Below are positions 29,704-46,025 of a stretch of DNA of 64,000 nt, piece by piece; the first letter of the stretch is position 1; every line of letters starts with the position of its first letter. The DNA is from an uncultured Candidatus Rokubacteria bacterium (lineage in GTDB: Bacteria; Methylomirabilota; Methylomirabilia; Rokubacteriales; CSP1-6). A program made the translations under genes and the position numbers. Under the pieces are notes generated by a model. It worked only from the letters and a program-made list of their open reading frames with translations. It ran no database searches and was not told the DNA's origin. The stretch spans positions 160,001 to 224,000 of the forward strand of contig CAVWWD010000006.1 of assembly GCA_963758635.1 (NCBI GenBank), read 5' to 3'.

Positions 29704-30484
29704 TCAACGTCTGTCGGGCGAACGCCCGCTCTCGACCGCCCCCTCCAGGATCCCGCCCAAGTCGACCTGCAACTGCGCTTGGTGAGCGCACAACCACTGC
29801 TTCGCCTTCTCCGTCTCCCGGCACAGGCTCTGCACCGTCAGCCAGAACTTCGCCGAGTGGTCCGGAACCGCGAGATGAACCGCCTCGTGCGTCACGAGGT
29901 AGCGGAGCACGAAGTCCGGCGCGAGGATGAGCCGCCAGTTGAACGACAGGTTCCTGCGCGCCGAGCAGTTGCCCCACTTGGTGCGCTGGCCCATCACGTA
30001 GACCCGCTGCGGGCGCTGGCCGAGGCGAGCCGTGATCGACTGCCAGGTGGCTCTCGATCCTCGCGGGCCTCCTGCCGCAGCCAGTTCTCGAGGCTGCGCG
30101 CAACCGGGGTTCGCGACCGCGGCCCCGCGCGACACGACGATCTCGCCATCGACTAAGCGGACCAGCGTTGCCTGCGCGCGCGCGCTGGTCGTCTCGATCC
30201 GAACCGCGTCGGCTCTCCCCGAAAGAGAATCTCGCCGACCGCGCGCTGCGGGCACGCCGCACGCTGCGTAGCCGCTCCGCGCGCTCGAGCTGATCGAGGA
30301 TCCAGCGCCCGTTGCGGTCAGGAACGCCGACACGTCCTCGCCGTTGCGCGACGGTCGGCTGCACGACCTCGACGCCGTTCGGACCCACCCGGACGCGCAG
30401 CTTGCGGGCGGCCTTCGAGCGGACACGCGGTAGTCGACTCGGCGGCCGCCGAGCCGGATCTGGTGCTGGGTCGCAGACCTTCAT
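29704..30484 (-). CDS. M48/YgjP (DUF45) zinc metallopeptidase, frameshifted
   Basis: QRTKWGNCS, LSFNWRLI, HEAVH, DHSAKFW. Confidence 0.8.
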
Positions 30485-30488
30485 GGCG

Positions 30489-33637
<3,149 letters not shown>

Positions 33638-33641
<4 letters not shown>

Positions 33642-34970
33642 GACGCGGCTGCCTTCGATCTCGTCGCACGCGGACCCGGCCGGTGAGGAGGTCGTGCATC
33701 AGGGACTTCTTGAGTTCGCTCGAGCCGCCGCTTGCTTCGTCAGCAGCGCATCGACGTTGCGCTTCGATGCACTGCAGCAATCTCGACGATCTGCTGCTGC
33801 TCGTCCGGTCGGACGGGACGGGAATCGAAGACGCTTGCAGCCTGCGTGCTTGATTTGTCGATGCCAGGCTGGAACGTCGTTGCGCATCACGCGTTCCAGA
33901 ACCGCTGCGCGATGTCGAGTTCGAGCCACGAGCACGCGAACTCGGGCGTCAGCACTTCGCCGTTCGTCCGCAGGCGAAAGATGATGGTTCTGACACAGTC
34001 ATTCACGCATCTGGCTCGTGCCGATGATCGCACCGCTCCGATCGCATGTCGGATTCGCATGCCCTCGATCGATCAAGAGATCGTCCACGCTTCAAGACGC
34101 GAGCTGATCGAACTTCGTCCGCACGACGCCTCACGTCTTGATCGTCGAGACAGATCAGATGCCGCATCGCTGAACGTTGGCGACCCGCAGGTACGGCAGC
34201 TCGACCGTTTGAATGCCCGACACGTCTTCGCTCGAGCGTGAACCACTCTGATCCGAACTCGTGCCACCTCGCCAACGTCCGCGCGAATCGTCCAGTCGGA
34301 CGAGTGACCGTCTGCTCGTCGGTGCGCTTCGTCGCGAGACCCTGCTCAGAAGATCGTGCAACAAGGCTGCTCGAGCTCCCGCGCCCGCTCGACCGCCGCG
34401 CGGGTGCACTCCAGCGCCGTGTCCACGGCGTCGAGGATGCGGGCGATGGCGGCTTGCTCGTCGGGCTCGGACGGCACAAGCAACCGCCGTGAACACATCG
34501 TCAGGACGCGCTGGTCGACGCCCGTCGAAGCGTCGTTCCTCGTGCGCAGCGTCGACCGCGGACCTCGTCGACGAGCAGATCGAAGTGCAGTAAAGAAAGC
34601 GCGGCACCGGTCGGTCGACGGATCGACAGCACGATGCAGACTCGGTGAGCCGCAAGCCCACGTCGACCGATGCAGCGTCGACGAACGCACAGCCGATTCC
34701 CGTTCGCGGCCAAGGCGTCGATCTTGCGCGAAGAGTGTCGTCACCGACTCGAACGCGACAGCCCGAGCCTTCCCTGAGAATGCTCGCCGGGCGCGAACTG
34801 GAGATCCCTCGCGAAGTTCTCACCGACGATGCCGATCTCGACGATATGACGGACTCTCGGCGTTCTTCATCGACGGTATCCGCGTTGACTCACCGACGCG
34901 CGAGCTTCGATCCAGCGACATCGGCCCATCGGAGCATGCAGTCGCGACGTAGCAGTCAGTGTCGCATAAC
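33638..34970 (-). CDS. hsdS: Type I R-M specificity subunit, sequence badly scrambled
   Basis: Readable conserved segments PDEQAAIARILDAVD, LPYLRVANVQ, LKKSLMHDLLTGRVRV; lies between hsdM and hsdR. Confidence 0.7.
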
Positions 34971-36951
34971 CCGCCCTCGTCAGCAGCTCGAGCAAGTTCT
35001 GCCTCGCGCCTCCTTCGCCGCCGCCTCCGCCTCGCGCAGCGCCTTCAGCGCGTCCTTCACCTCCACCCGCGGCTCTGGCTCGAAGGTGTCCACGTAGCGC
35101 GGGATGTTGAGGTTGAACTCGTTCTCCTCGATCTCGTCGAGGCCGACGACGCGGGCGTGCTTGAGCAGCTCGTCGGGGTCGGCGTAGAGGGCGACGAGTT
35201 CCTCACCCACCGCGGCCACGTCCTTGCGGTCGTCCTCGGCGCGGCGCCGGGCCTCGGCGATGCGCTCGTCGCGCTCGGCCAGCTTGGCGGCGAGCTTCTC
35301 GCGCTGCTTCTCCATCTTTGCGATGGCGCCGGCAGCTTCGCCTTCTCCTGCTTCGTCTTCGCCGCTGCCTTGCGCCTGCGTGCCTCGGCCAGCTCGGCGT
35401 CCAGCGCCGCCAGCTTGTCGGCCTGCGGCTGATACTCCGCCTCGATGCGCCCACTCTCCTCCTCCTCGCGCAGCATCGATCTGCTTGCGGATGCGCCCGG
35501 CTGTGCTCGGCCACGAGGCCCGGCACCTTCGCCGCGTCGCCGTAGGCGTGGTAGTGGACGAGCATCCGCATCACGTCCTGCGGGCGAGCTCGTTCTGCGC
35601 GGAAGCTCGCGGTAGTGCCGCGCGGCGTAGATCAGCAGCACCTTGTCGCGGCGCTCGGCCGGGCGCTGCTTGCGGAGGATCAGCAGGCAGGCGGGCACGC
35701 CGGCCCCGTAGAAGACGTTGAGCGGCAGCGAGATCACGGCGTCGATCAGCCGCGAGTCGAGCAGCGCCTTGCGGATCAGGTGCTCGTCGTCGGCCTTGCG
35801 GCGCTTCATCTTCGGGTTGCCGTCGTCGTCGAGCTCGCCCGTCTCCTCCTCGACCTCCGGCTGGCCGCGGAAGAGCACGCCCTGCGGGCAGACGATGCCG
35901 GCGCGGCCGTCGTCGGTGAGCGAGGCGAGGATGTGGAGGATGAAGGCGTAGTCGCCGTAGCCGGCCGGGGGCGCGTTGAAGCCGGTGCCGCGGCCGAAGC
36001 GGCCGAACGGGTCCTTGAAGCCCTCCTTGCCGAAGATCTCCTTCTTGAGCTTGTCCTTCTTCTTCTTGTCGTCGGTCTGCTGCTCCGGCTTCAGCCACCA
36101 GAACTCGTCGGAGAACGGGAAATTGGCGAGCACCAGCGAGAACTTCTTCACCCGCCCGTCTTCGAGGAACTGCGGGTCGGTGATCGTGCTCGCGCCGGCC
36201 TTGATGTCGGCCTCGAGGCCGTGCAGGACGGAGTTGATCTTGCCGATGGCGGCGTTGCCCCAGTTCATCTCCTGCGCGAAGTAGCGGGCGCTGGTCGCGT
36301 GGTGGCCCTGCTCGCGCAGGTAGTCGGCCGAGTGCACCAGCATGCCGCCCGAGCCGGCGGTGGGGTCGTAGATCGTGTCGCCCGGGCGCGGCTCGAGGAT
36401 GCGCACGAGCGTGTCCACGACCTCCGGCGGCGTGAAGAACTCGCCCGCCTTCGCGCCCGCGTCGTCGGCGAACTGCTTGATCAGGTACTCGTAGGCGCGG
36501 CCCAGCACGTCGGGCGGGACGCTCTTGTTCGAGAGGTCGTGCTCGTCGAAGTGCTGGACGAGCGCGTGGACCACCTCGTTCGGGATGAGCGGCTTGCCGG
36601 AGCCGTCGGGCGCGGGCTGGTTCCAGTCCACGGTGAAGACGCCGCGCAGCTCGTCGTTGGCGTTCGGCGACGGCGCGCATCGCCTTGGTGAGCACCTCGC
36701 CGAGGTTGGTGGAGGCGGCCTTCACGTCGCCCCAGCGCGAGCCGTCCGGGATCTGGAAGCGGTGCTCGCCGCGCTTGCGGAAGACCGCCTTCTCCTTCTC
36801 GGTGAAGGCGCGGCCCTGCTGGCGCTCCAGCTCGGCGATGGCGTCGTCGGCCTCGCACTCCCACTGGTCGCAGAGGCGCTTGTAGAACATCAGGGACAGG
36901 ATGTAGTTCTTGTAGGAGGTGGGCTTCGAGCTGCTGGAGGGTGAGCTTCAT
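34960..36951 (-). CDS. hsdM: Type I R-M methyltransferase subunit, multiple frameshifts
   Basis: GRAYEYLIKQFA, GEFFTP, YDPTAGSGGML, ANFPFS, GVLFRG, FNLNIPRYV. Confidence 0.9.
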
Positions 36952-38320
36952 GCCGGGCCTCGATCGGCCAGGAAGTATCGCCGCTTCGGATCCTGCGGCC
37001 CCGTGCCGATCTCGCGCACCAGCCCGCGGCCGACCAGGCGGGCGAGCCGGGTGCGCGTGGCCCGCGGCGTGAGACCGATCGCCTTCGGCGATCTCGCTCG
37101 TGAGCCGGCCCTTGGCCGCCGGCGAGGCTCGCGAGGATGGCCTGGTCGGTCGGGGTCGAGCAGGGGGCGGCCCGACCTGCGCGGTCGCGATCGTGACCCG
37201 GAAGCGCGTGGCGATCTCCTCGAACACCGGCGCCGCGAGCCCGGCCTCGCGGCAGGCGGCGGTCATGCGCTGGATGCCGCTGCCCCACTGCTCGACCAGG
37301 CCGAGCGCGTGGAAGATGCGGCCGATCACGCGGTTGCGCAGCTTCGAGACGCCGCGCGGAAGGTCCTCGACCGTGAGGCCGAAGGGCAGGAGTCCCGGGT
37401 TCTCGACCTCGAGGCGGTCGTCGAAGATCGAAAGGCGGAGCGGAGCGCCGCGCTGGGCGTAGTCAGCATGCGCCACCGCGTTGATGACCGCCTCGCGCAC
37501 CGCCGCGGGCGGCAGGCTCCAGCGCTCCTTGCGGCGCACGGGGCCGATCTCGGCCCCGTGCAGGGCGTGCTTCTGGACGAAGGCGATCGCCTCCTCGATG
37601 GCGCGCACGGGGAGGGAGCGGATCTCGGCGCGGTCGAGGATGCGGCTCTTGTTAGCGCCGTCGAAGCGGCCGGCCTGGATCCAGGCGTCCGGGAAGTGGC
37701 GCTCGCGGTCCTCGGCCGAAGAGAATCATGCCGCCCACGGTGGGCACCTTGCGACCCTGGTGGTCCGTGAGCGAGCCGCAGGGTCTCCAGGTCCCGGCGG
37801 GCGAGCGTGCGGACGGGGGCAAACGACTCGGAAGCGGCTCGGAAGTCGAGGGCTTCCGAGTCGAGCCCGGGCATCGGCTGCTCGTCGAAGCCTTCGCCCC
37901 GCGCGAAGCGGCGCAGCTCCTCGATCAGCTCGGCGTCGGCCCGCCGGTTGGTCGAGCCCACCCGCACGTAGACGCCGCCGGCGAGCCCCTCCCGCTTGAG
38001 GTAGTGCGGTCGGCCCGGGCTCGGGATGCACCTGCACCGCCAGCACCTGCGTGCGGCGCCAGGGGAGGATCTCGATGTCCGGGCACGAGGCGAGGGCTGA
38101 TGTGGTCGCTGATCGAGGTTGGCCAGGCGCTCCTCCAGATCGAGCGGGTCGCGCACTCCGCGGACGTGCCGGCTCCGGTCCTCGACGCCGACGAGCAGCG
38201 TCCCGCCCGCGGTGTTGGCGAAGGCGACGATCGTCTTGAGCGCGCCATCCGGGCGAGGAAAGATGCGCTTGAACTCAGCGTCTTGCCCTCGGGGCGCTTG
38301 AGGATCTCGACGAGGTCCAT
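36948..38320 (-). CDS. AlbA_2 (Schlafen-like) + HATPase_c_4 + HTH protein, frameshifted
   Basis: PEGKTL, TIVAFANTAGG, YVRVGSTNR, REAVINAVAHADY, RLEVENPG, EQWGSGI; stop overlaps hsdM ATG. Confidence 0.8.
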
Positions 38321-38396
38321 CGCGCTAGGAAGTCTACTTGGAAGGCTCTGGAAGCATTAAGCTTCCGAGCTGCCGGACCTACCTGTCGCTCGGGGC

Positions 38397-38468
38397 GCCT
38401 AACGTTCGCGATAACGCGCGGTGGCGGAGCAGCGCGACGCCACCGTCGCGTTCATCGCGCAGTTGGGC
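38397..38468 (-). mobile_element. Integron attC recombination site
   Basis: R'' GCCCAAC-5nt-L'' GATGAACG ... L' CGTTATC-6nt-R' GTTAGGC; arms pair fully with two extrahelical bases 6 bp apart. Confidence 0.85.
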
Positions 38469-38517
38469 TGCGTCACGCGCGCCATGGTCGTGGTGGCCCC
38501 GCGAGAACCACGGAGGC

Positions 38518-38785
38518 TATCCGTCGAGGTTCGGGTCGACCGCTTCGAGCAACCTAATGGCCGTCCGGAGGGCAACACAGGCTTCATTCACGTCCGCTCG
38601 GTTATTGCGGCTCTCGACAGCATCATGACGTCGGTCGCTATCGCGGTGAGAACCTTCGCGGCGTCTGGCAAGATGAGTGGCTCGATCGCACGACGTACGT
38701 GTTGGACTGCGACCTGCACGTGACCTTTACGGTCGAACAAGGTCTGAAGTCGATCGACATGAGAATTCTCCCAGACGGTTGGCAT
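38518..38785 (-). CDS. Small hypothetical gene-cassette protein (~88 aa, frameshift near 38600)
   Basis: AAAGGAG RBS; MPTVWENSHVDRLQ...ADVNEACVALRTAIRLLEAVDPNLDG-stop; lower GC; lies between attI-like and attC sites. Confidence 0.5.
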
Positions 38786-38893
38786 CCGAGGTCTCCTTTG
38801 TACACGGTGGCCGTTCGTGACCGGTCGATCGCATCCTCAGAGCTCGACCGGCATGGGGCATCGCTCCATCGAGCGATGAAGGTTCCTTAGTCG

Positions 38894-38912
38894 GCCGAAC
38901 TACTACTTATCG
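38894..38912 (-). mobile_element. attI-like site
   Basis: CGATAAG-TAGTA-GTTCGGC has the same layout as attI1 CCCTAAA-ACAAA-GTTRRRY; no left attC arm upstream. Confidence 0.5.
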
Positions 38913-39087
38913 GGAACCCTGCACCGCCCGGTCAGTGTAGGGCGGTGGGATATCCCGGCGCCTTGCAGAGCCCGTGAGCATTCCTGCCGGTGTCATCGTA
39001 GGCTTACCCGTCTCGGTCCGCGGGCGCGCCGCATATGCTGCGAGCGGCGCAGTGTATCGGGGAGATAGGGAGCGGCCCGGGCCTCCC

Positions 39088-39468
39088 TCAGGCCCCGAAC
39101 GAGCTCTTGAAGCGGCGGGCCGCCTCGCGGTCGAGGCCCCGGCGGAAGCGCTGGTAGCGATCGAGGAAGCGCCGGCCCTCCGGGGTCAGGCGCGTTCCGC
39201 CCTCGGGTCCGCCACCGGGACGGCGTTCCATGAACCGCACGCCGGCGGCCTCCTCCAGCTCGCGGAAGTAGCCCCACGCCGCGCGATACGACATGCCGAC
39301 CTCGGCTACCGCCTTCTTGAACGAGCCGAGGGCGGCCACGCGCTCGAGCAGCTCGGCCCGTCCATCGCCAAACTTCACGCGGCCCGCGAACACCACCCAG
39401 ACGCGGAGCTTGGCGCCGATCTCCGCCGGCGGCGCCGTTCGGGCCGCCCGTGCGCGGCCCACCGTCAA
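39088..39468 (-). CDS. ModE-family wHTH regulator (no molybdate-binding domain)
   Basis: FGDGRAELLE, GSFKKAVAEVGMSYRAAW, GGTRLT. Confidence 0.85.
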   Translation of the reverse strand: MTVGRARAARTAPPAEIGAKLRVWVVFAGRVKFGDGRAELLERVAALGSFKKAVAEVGMSYRAAWGYFRELEEAAGVRFMERRPGGGPEGGTRLTPEGRRFLDRYQRFRRGLDREAARRFKSSFGA

Positions 39469-39538
39469 CCCGGCCGGACCTCGGGCGGGCGGGCGCGACC
39501 GATGATCTGCTCAGGCTGCTCCATGCGCGGCGGCGCGG

Positions 39539-41134
39539 CTACGGCGTGAGCACGCGGCCGGCGGGGACGGCGTTGTAGCGCGGGCCGTCCACCACGACCT
39601 TCCCGTTGACGATCACGTACGGGATGCCGGTGGGATGGCGGTGCGGCTCGGGGAACGTCGCCTCGTCGCGGACGGTGGCGGGATCGAACAGCGCGAGGTC
39701 CGCCGCGTGGCCCGTGCGCACGAGGCCGCGGTCGCGCAGGCGCAGCTTGGCCGCGGGCTTCCCCGTCATCTTGTGCACGGTGGTCTCCCACGAGACGAGC
39801 TTCCGCTCGCGGCAATACTCGCCGAGCACGCGCGGGAACGTCCCGTAGCTCCGCGGATGAGGCTTGCCCGCGTGCGGCCCGGGGCCCGCGTGGAGCGAGA
39901 GCGAGTCCGAGCCGATCATCGTGTGCGGATCGGCGATCACCCGGGCGACGTTGTCCTCGCTCTGGCCCCAGCTGATCATGGAGACGCCGGCGCGCTCGGA
40001 GAGCACGAGGTCCATCATGGCGTGCGCGGGCTCGCGGCCGGTGAGCCGCGCCAGCTCTGCGAGGGTCTTGCCCGCCAGCTCGGGGCGCGAGCACGTGGCG
40101 ATCATGACCTCGTCCCAGCCGAGCGCGCCCGAGGTGGTCCGCCAGAGCTCGCCGCCCACCAGGCAGTCGTCGATGGCCCGGCGGCGCGCCGCGGGGTCGG
40201 CCAGGCGCTCGAGGAGCTTCGCGATGCCGCCGTCCTGCATCCAGCCCGGGAGCAGGCTGTCCATCTTGGTGCTGCCTGCCGGATACGGGTACACGTCACC
40301 CGTCACGTCCACGCCGCGCGCGCGAGCGTCAGAGATGATGCGAAGCGCCGCTTCCATCTTTCCCCAGTTCTCGCGGCCGGAGGCCTTGACGTGGGCGATC
40401 TGCACGGGCACCCCGCCCTCCTCCGCGATCCGAATGGCCTCGACGTACGCGGGCTCGAGCGTCGCCGCCTCGCCCCGCACGTGGGAGAAGTAGAGGCCGT
40501 TCCGACCGGCCATGCTGCGGGCCAGCGCGATCAGCTCGTCGGTGGCCGCGAACACGCTCGGGGCGTAGACGAGGCCGGTGGAGTATCCGAAGGCGCCCGC
40601 GTCGAGGCCCTCGGCGAGCAGGCGCTGCATGTCGCGAAGCTCATCCGGCGTGGGCGGCCGGTTGTCCGCGCCCACCGTGGCCAGGCGCAGGGCGCCGTGC
40701 CCCACGAACTGCACGATGTTGACCGACGGACCCAGCGCGCGCACGTGGTCCAGGTACTCGCCGAAGGAGTGCCAGGTGATGCGCGGCTTGTTGCCGATGC
40801 CGCCCATCCAGTCCCGCACCAGCTCCTCGCGCGCCGGCGCCACGGGGCCGGGCGAGAAGCCGCACATGCCCACCACCTCGGTGGTCACGCCCTGCCGCAC
40901 CTTGGACTCCGCCGACGGGCAGGTGTCCAGCACGAGGTCCGAGTGCGAGTGGATGTCGATGAAGCCCGGCGCCACCATCAGCCCGGCGGCGTCGATGGTG
41001 CGCGCCGCCTCGCCGCGGAGGCCGGGGCCGACGGCGACGATGCGGTCGCCCTCCACCGCGACGTCCGCGGCCACCGCGGGCGCGCCCGAGCCGTCGACGA
41101 CCCGGCCGTTCCGGACGAGGAGCGACCAGGCCAC
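39539..41134 (-). CDS. N-acyl-D-amino-acid deacylase
   Basis: APGFIDIHSHSD, QGVTTEVVGMCG, HPRSYGTFPRVL. Confidence 0.9.
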   Translation of the reverse strand: MAWSLLVRNGRVVDGSGAPAVAADVAVEGDRIVAVGPGLRGEAARTIDAAGLMVAPGFIDIHSHSDLVLDTCPSAESKVRQGVTTEVVGMCGFSPGPVAPAREELVRDWMGGIGNKPRITWHSFGEYLDHVRALGPSVNIVQFVGHGALRLATVGADNRPPTPDELRDMQRLLAEGLDAGAFGYSTGLVYAPSVFAATDELIALARSMAGRNGLYFSHVRGEAATLEPAYVEAIRIAEEGGVPVQIAHVKASGRENWGKMEAALRIISDARARGVDVTGDVYPYPAGSTKMDSLLPGWMQDGGIAKLLERLADPAARRRAIDDCLVGGELWRTTSGALGWDEVMIATCSRPELAGKTLAELARLTGREPAHAMMDLVLSERAGVSMISWGQSEDNVARVIADPHTMIGSDSLSLHAGPGPHAGKPHPRSYGTFPRVLGEYCRERKLVSWETTVHKMTGKPAAKLRLRDRGLVRTGHAADLALFDPATVRDEATFPEPHRHPTGIPYVIVNGKVVVDGPRYNAVPAGRVLTP

Positions 41135-41769
41135 TACTCGGCGGCCTCGACGATCTTCACCGACTTCATCTTGTCGCCGATCTTGATGCCGTCCACCACC
41201 TCCATCCCGGAGGTGACGATGCCGAACACCGTGTAGTTGCCGTCGAGGAAGGGCGCGGGCTTGAAGCAGATGTAGAACTGGCTGCCCGCGGAGTCGGGAC
41301 TCTGCGAGCGGGCCATGGCCACCGTGCCGCGGACGTGCTTCTGCTTGTTGAACTCGGCCTTGATCTGGTAGCCGGGCCCGCCGGTGCCGTTGCCCTTCGG
41401 ATCGCCGCCCTGGGCCACGAAGCCCGGCTCCACGCGGTGGAAGACGAGGCCGTCGTAGAAGCCCTTCTTGGCGAGGGTGACGAAGTTCTCGACCGTCTTC
41501 GGCGCGTCGGCGGGATAGAAGTCGATCTTGATCTCGCCGCCCTTGTCCATCGTGATGATCGCTGACTGCTTCACGCGAGGGGTTCCTTTCTTGGCGTCGG
41601 ACGCCTTCGGATCTGCGGTCTTGGGGTCGGCGGCCTTCGGGTCCGCGGGCTGGGCCTCCGCGGCCGGCGTGGTCACCTTCTTGCCGTCGATGCGTGGCGC
41701 CGGGACGACGGTGAGGGCCAGGGTACCGAGCACGGCGATGGCCGTGGCGAGGAATCGAGTGCGCGTCAT
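41134..41769 (-). CDS. Exported cyclophilin-type peptidyl-prolyl isomerase
   Basis: [31 protein letters not shown]; signal peptide and ADPK-repeat linker. Confidence 0.92.
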   Translation of the reverse strand: MTRTRFLATAIAVLGTLALTVVPAPRIDGKKVTTPAAEAQPADPKAADPKTADPKASDAKKGTPRVKQSAIITMDKGGEIKIDFYPADAPKTVENFVTLAKKGFYDGLVFHRVEPGFVAQGGDPKGNGTGGPGYQIKAEFNKQKHVRGTVAMARSQSPDSAGSQFYICFKPAPFLDGNYTVFGIVTSGMEVVDGIKIGDKMKSVKIVEAAE

Positions 41770-41855
41770 GGGACCTCCCTCGGTGTGAGGATGCGTCATT
41801 ATGCCCGAGCCCGCGCCGGCTTCGCCACCTTCGGCGCGCGTGCTACAGTGCATCC

Positions 41856-43655
<1,800 letters not shown>

Positions 43656-43670
43656 CTCGTCCGCCCGCCC

Positions 43671-43925
43671 GTGAAGAAGGGCGCGACGCTGGAGGTCAAG
43701 GAGCGGGGCCGGCGCGTCGCCGTCCTGGCCCCCACCGCCGCGCGGTCCACCGTGCTCGATGGCCTGATAGCGGCGGGACGGGCAACGTCGCCTCGCGGTG
43801 AGTCTGCTCGATCTCGGCCCCCCGATGGGCGGTCGGCCCTCTCGGTGCGCCAGTCGTGCGCTCGCCTCGCTCCGTGAGGCGTCTCGCTAAGCCTCGTTAT
43901 CTCGACTCGTCCGCCCTGGTGAACA
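43671..43925 (+). pseudogene. Decayed Phd/YefM antitoxin + VapC start remnant
   Basis: VKKGATLEVKERGRRVAVLAP then RYLDSSALV, both truncated. Confidence 0.45.
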
Positions 43926-43980
43926 CAGACGGTCGAGGCGGGCCGGAGGTTCGCATCTGCCATCGGCTCGCGGCTGACCG

Positions 43981-44676
43981 TCATCCCGCCGGGACGAGGT
44001 CTTCGACGTCCACGCGGACGTTGAGAGCGCCCTCACGGTCGCCATATCCGAGGAGCTCGCGCGGCGCCGCGCCCGGCGTCAGCGGCGTCGCGGGGTCGAG
44101 CAGCGCGCGCCAGGGCCCAAGCGACGGAAGGAACGCGGCGGCCTCGCCATAGTCCGGCTCGGCGAGGAAGAGGCTCTCGTCCCCGCCGGGGCCCGTCAGG
44201 ATCAGACCTCGGTCGACCGTCCATGCGAACGGCCGGTCACCCATCACTCCCGTGACACGCTCAACGAGGATCCGCACGCGCGTGATCGTGGCCAGCCTCG
44301 GCAGGAGCGACGGTCCCTCGTAGCTCCACCCGGGACGATCCGCCGGCGCGAGCCGCGCCGGGCCCCGGTCGGCGGGCATCGCGTAGACCGAGCCGCGTCG
44401 ACCCGGCTCGAAGAACGAGCCGAGCATCTCCTCATGAAGGCCCGGCAACGGCTCGAGGCGGAGGCGGCTCAGCTCGCCACCGTACGCGGGGACGACGAGA
44501 GACGTGATCCGTACCGGCGGCCGGTCGCCTGGCACGATCACGAAGCTGCCCCGGTAGAGGCCGGCGTCGAGCGGTGACACCAGACCGGGGCCCGGCGTGT
44601 AGTAGAGGTCACGAATGCGTCCCGCGAGGGAGGCCGCGAGCGAACGCTCCTCCGGCGTCAGCGAGAGGAGGATCAG
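43981..44676 (-). CDS. Hypothetical protein; start uncertain (possible CTG overlapping helicase stop)
   Basis: Long non-repetitive open frame with protein-like composition directly after the helicase. Confidence 0.5.
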   Translation of the reverse strand: MILLSLTPEERSLAASLAGRIRDLYYTPGPGLVSPLDAGLYRGSFVIVPGDRPPVRITSLVVPAYGGELSRLRLEPLPGLHEEMLGSFFEPGRRGSVYAMPADRGPARLAPADRPGWSYEGPSLLPRLATITRVRILVERVTGVMGDRPFAWTVDRGLILTGPGGDESLFLAEPDYGEAAAFLPSLGPWRALLDPATPLTPGAAPRELLGYGDREGALNVRVDVEDLVPAG

Positions 44677-46025
44677 CGACCCCGGCCGGGAGGACGGCCG
44701 CCGGATCGGCCCCCGCCCGGGCCACCGCCGCCCCGACTGCCGCGTCCGCCGCCGCCGCCGCGCGATCCGTCGCCGCGGCCGTCTCCCGGCCGCCCGCCGC
44801 GCGCGGCCATGCGCTGGCGGCGCTCCTCGGCGTAGCGGCGGCGCTCCTCGCTCGTGGGCTTGATCTCGGGCAGGTACCACTCGTCCTCTGCCCACTCCAC
44901 GCGGATCTTCTGGCCGATGAACTTCTCGATGGGCTCGAGCCCGAGCGCGCTCGACTCGTCGGCGAAGCTGATCGCCTTGCCCGCGGCGCCCGCGCGCGCG
45001 GTGCGGCCGATGCGGTGCACGTAGTCCTCGGCGTCCTGCGGGAGGTCCTAGTTGACGACGTGGCTCACGCCCTCGATGTGGAGGCCGCGCGACGCGACGT
45101 CGGTGGCCACCAGCACCGGCAGCGCGCCCTCCTTGAAGTCGGCGAGGATGCGGAGCCGGCGCTTCTGGTCCACGTCGCCGGTGAGGGCGCGGGCCTGCCA
45201 GCCGTTCCGGCCCAGGCGGTCCTCGAGCCGCCGCGCCTCCTCGCGCGTGTTGACGAAGATCAGCATGCGGCTGCCGCCCTCGCGCTTGAGCAGCCCGAGC
45301 AGCAGCGAGAACTTCTCGTCGCGCCCCACGTGGTAGAGGACCTGCTCGGCCTTCTCCGCCGTCTTCTGCTGGGGGGAGATCGTGATCTGGGTGGGGTCGT
45401 TCATGAACTCCTAGGCGAGCTCCATCACCCGGAAGGACAGCGTGGCCGAGAACAGGAACGACTGCCGCCGCTCCGGCCGGGGCAGCCGGCGCAGGAGGAA
45501 GCGCAGGTCGGCGATGAAGCCCATGTCGAACATCCGGTCGGCCTCGTCGATCACCAGCACTTCCACCTGGCCGGGCGACCAGACGTGCTGCTTCAGGTAG
45601 TCGATGAGCCGCCCCGGCGTGCCGACGAGCACGTCGAAGCCCTCGCGGAGCGCCTCGCGCTGCTTGTTGTAGTCGATGCCGCCGTAGACGGCCTGGATGC
45701 GGAGGCCGGTGTGGGCGCCGAGGAGCTCGGCGTCGGCCTCGATCTGGACGACCAGCTCCCGCGTGGGGGCGATGATCAGCGCGCGGGGGGCGGCGGCGCC
45801 GCTTCGCGCCGGCGCGGCGTGGCGCAGGCAGCGCGTGAAGGCGGCGATCAGGAACGCCGCCGTCTTCCCGGTTCCCGTCTGCGACTGGCCGGCCACGTCC
45901 TTGCCCTTCAGGGCCAGCGGCAGGGCGGCCTCCTGGATCGGCGTGGCCGCGGCGAACCCCGCGTCGCGGATCCCCTGGAGCACGGGCTCGGGCAGGTCGA
46001 GCGACGTGAACTCGAGTGGGCTCAT
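44673..46025 (-). CDS. DEAD-box RNA helicase (RhlB-like) interrupted by two in-frame TAG codons
   Basis: Q motif, [31 protein letters not shown] at 45411-45413 and 45048-45050 in the same frame. Confidence 0.9.

Noticed and set aside
29665..29730. Hairpins between M48 peptidase and hicB as another attC
   Set aside because: No RYYYAAC/GTTRRRY box pair or extrahelical-base pattern
41596..41650. 15-bp tandem repeats as a possible CRISPR or contingency locus
   Set aside because: They encode an ADPK linker in the cyclophilin and have no spacers
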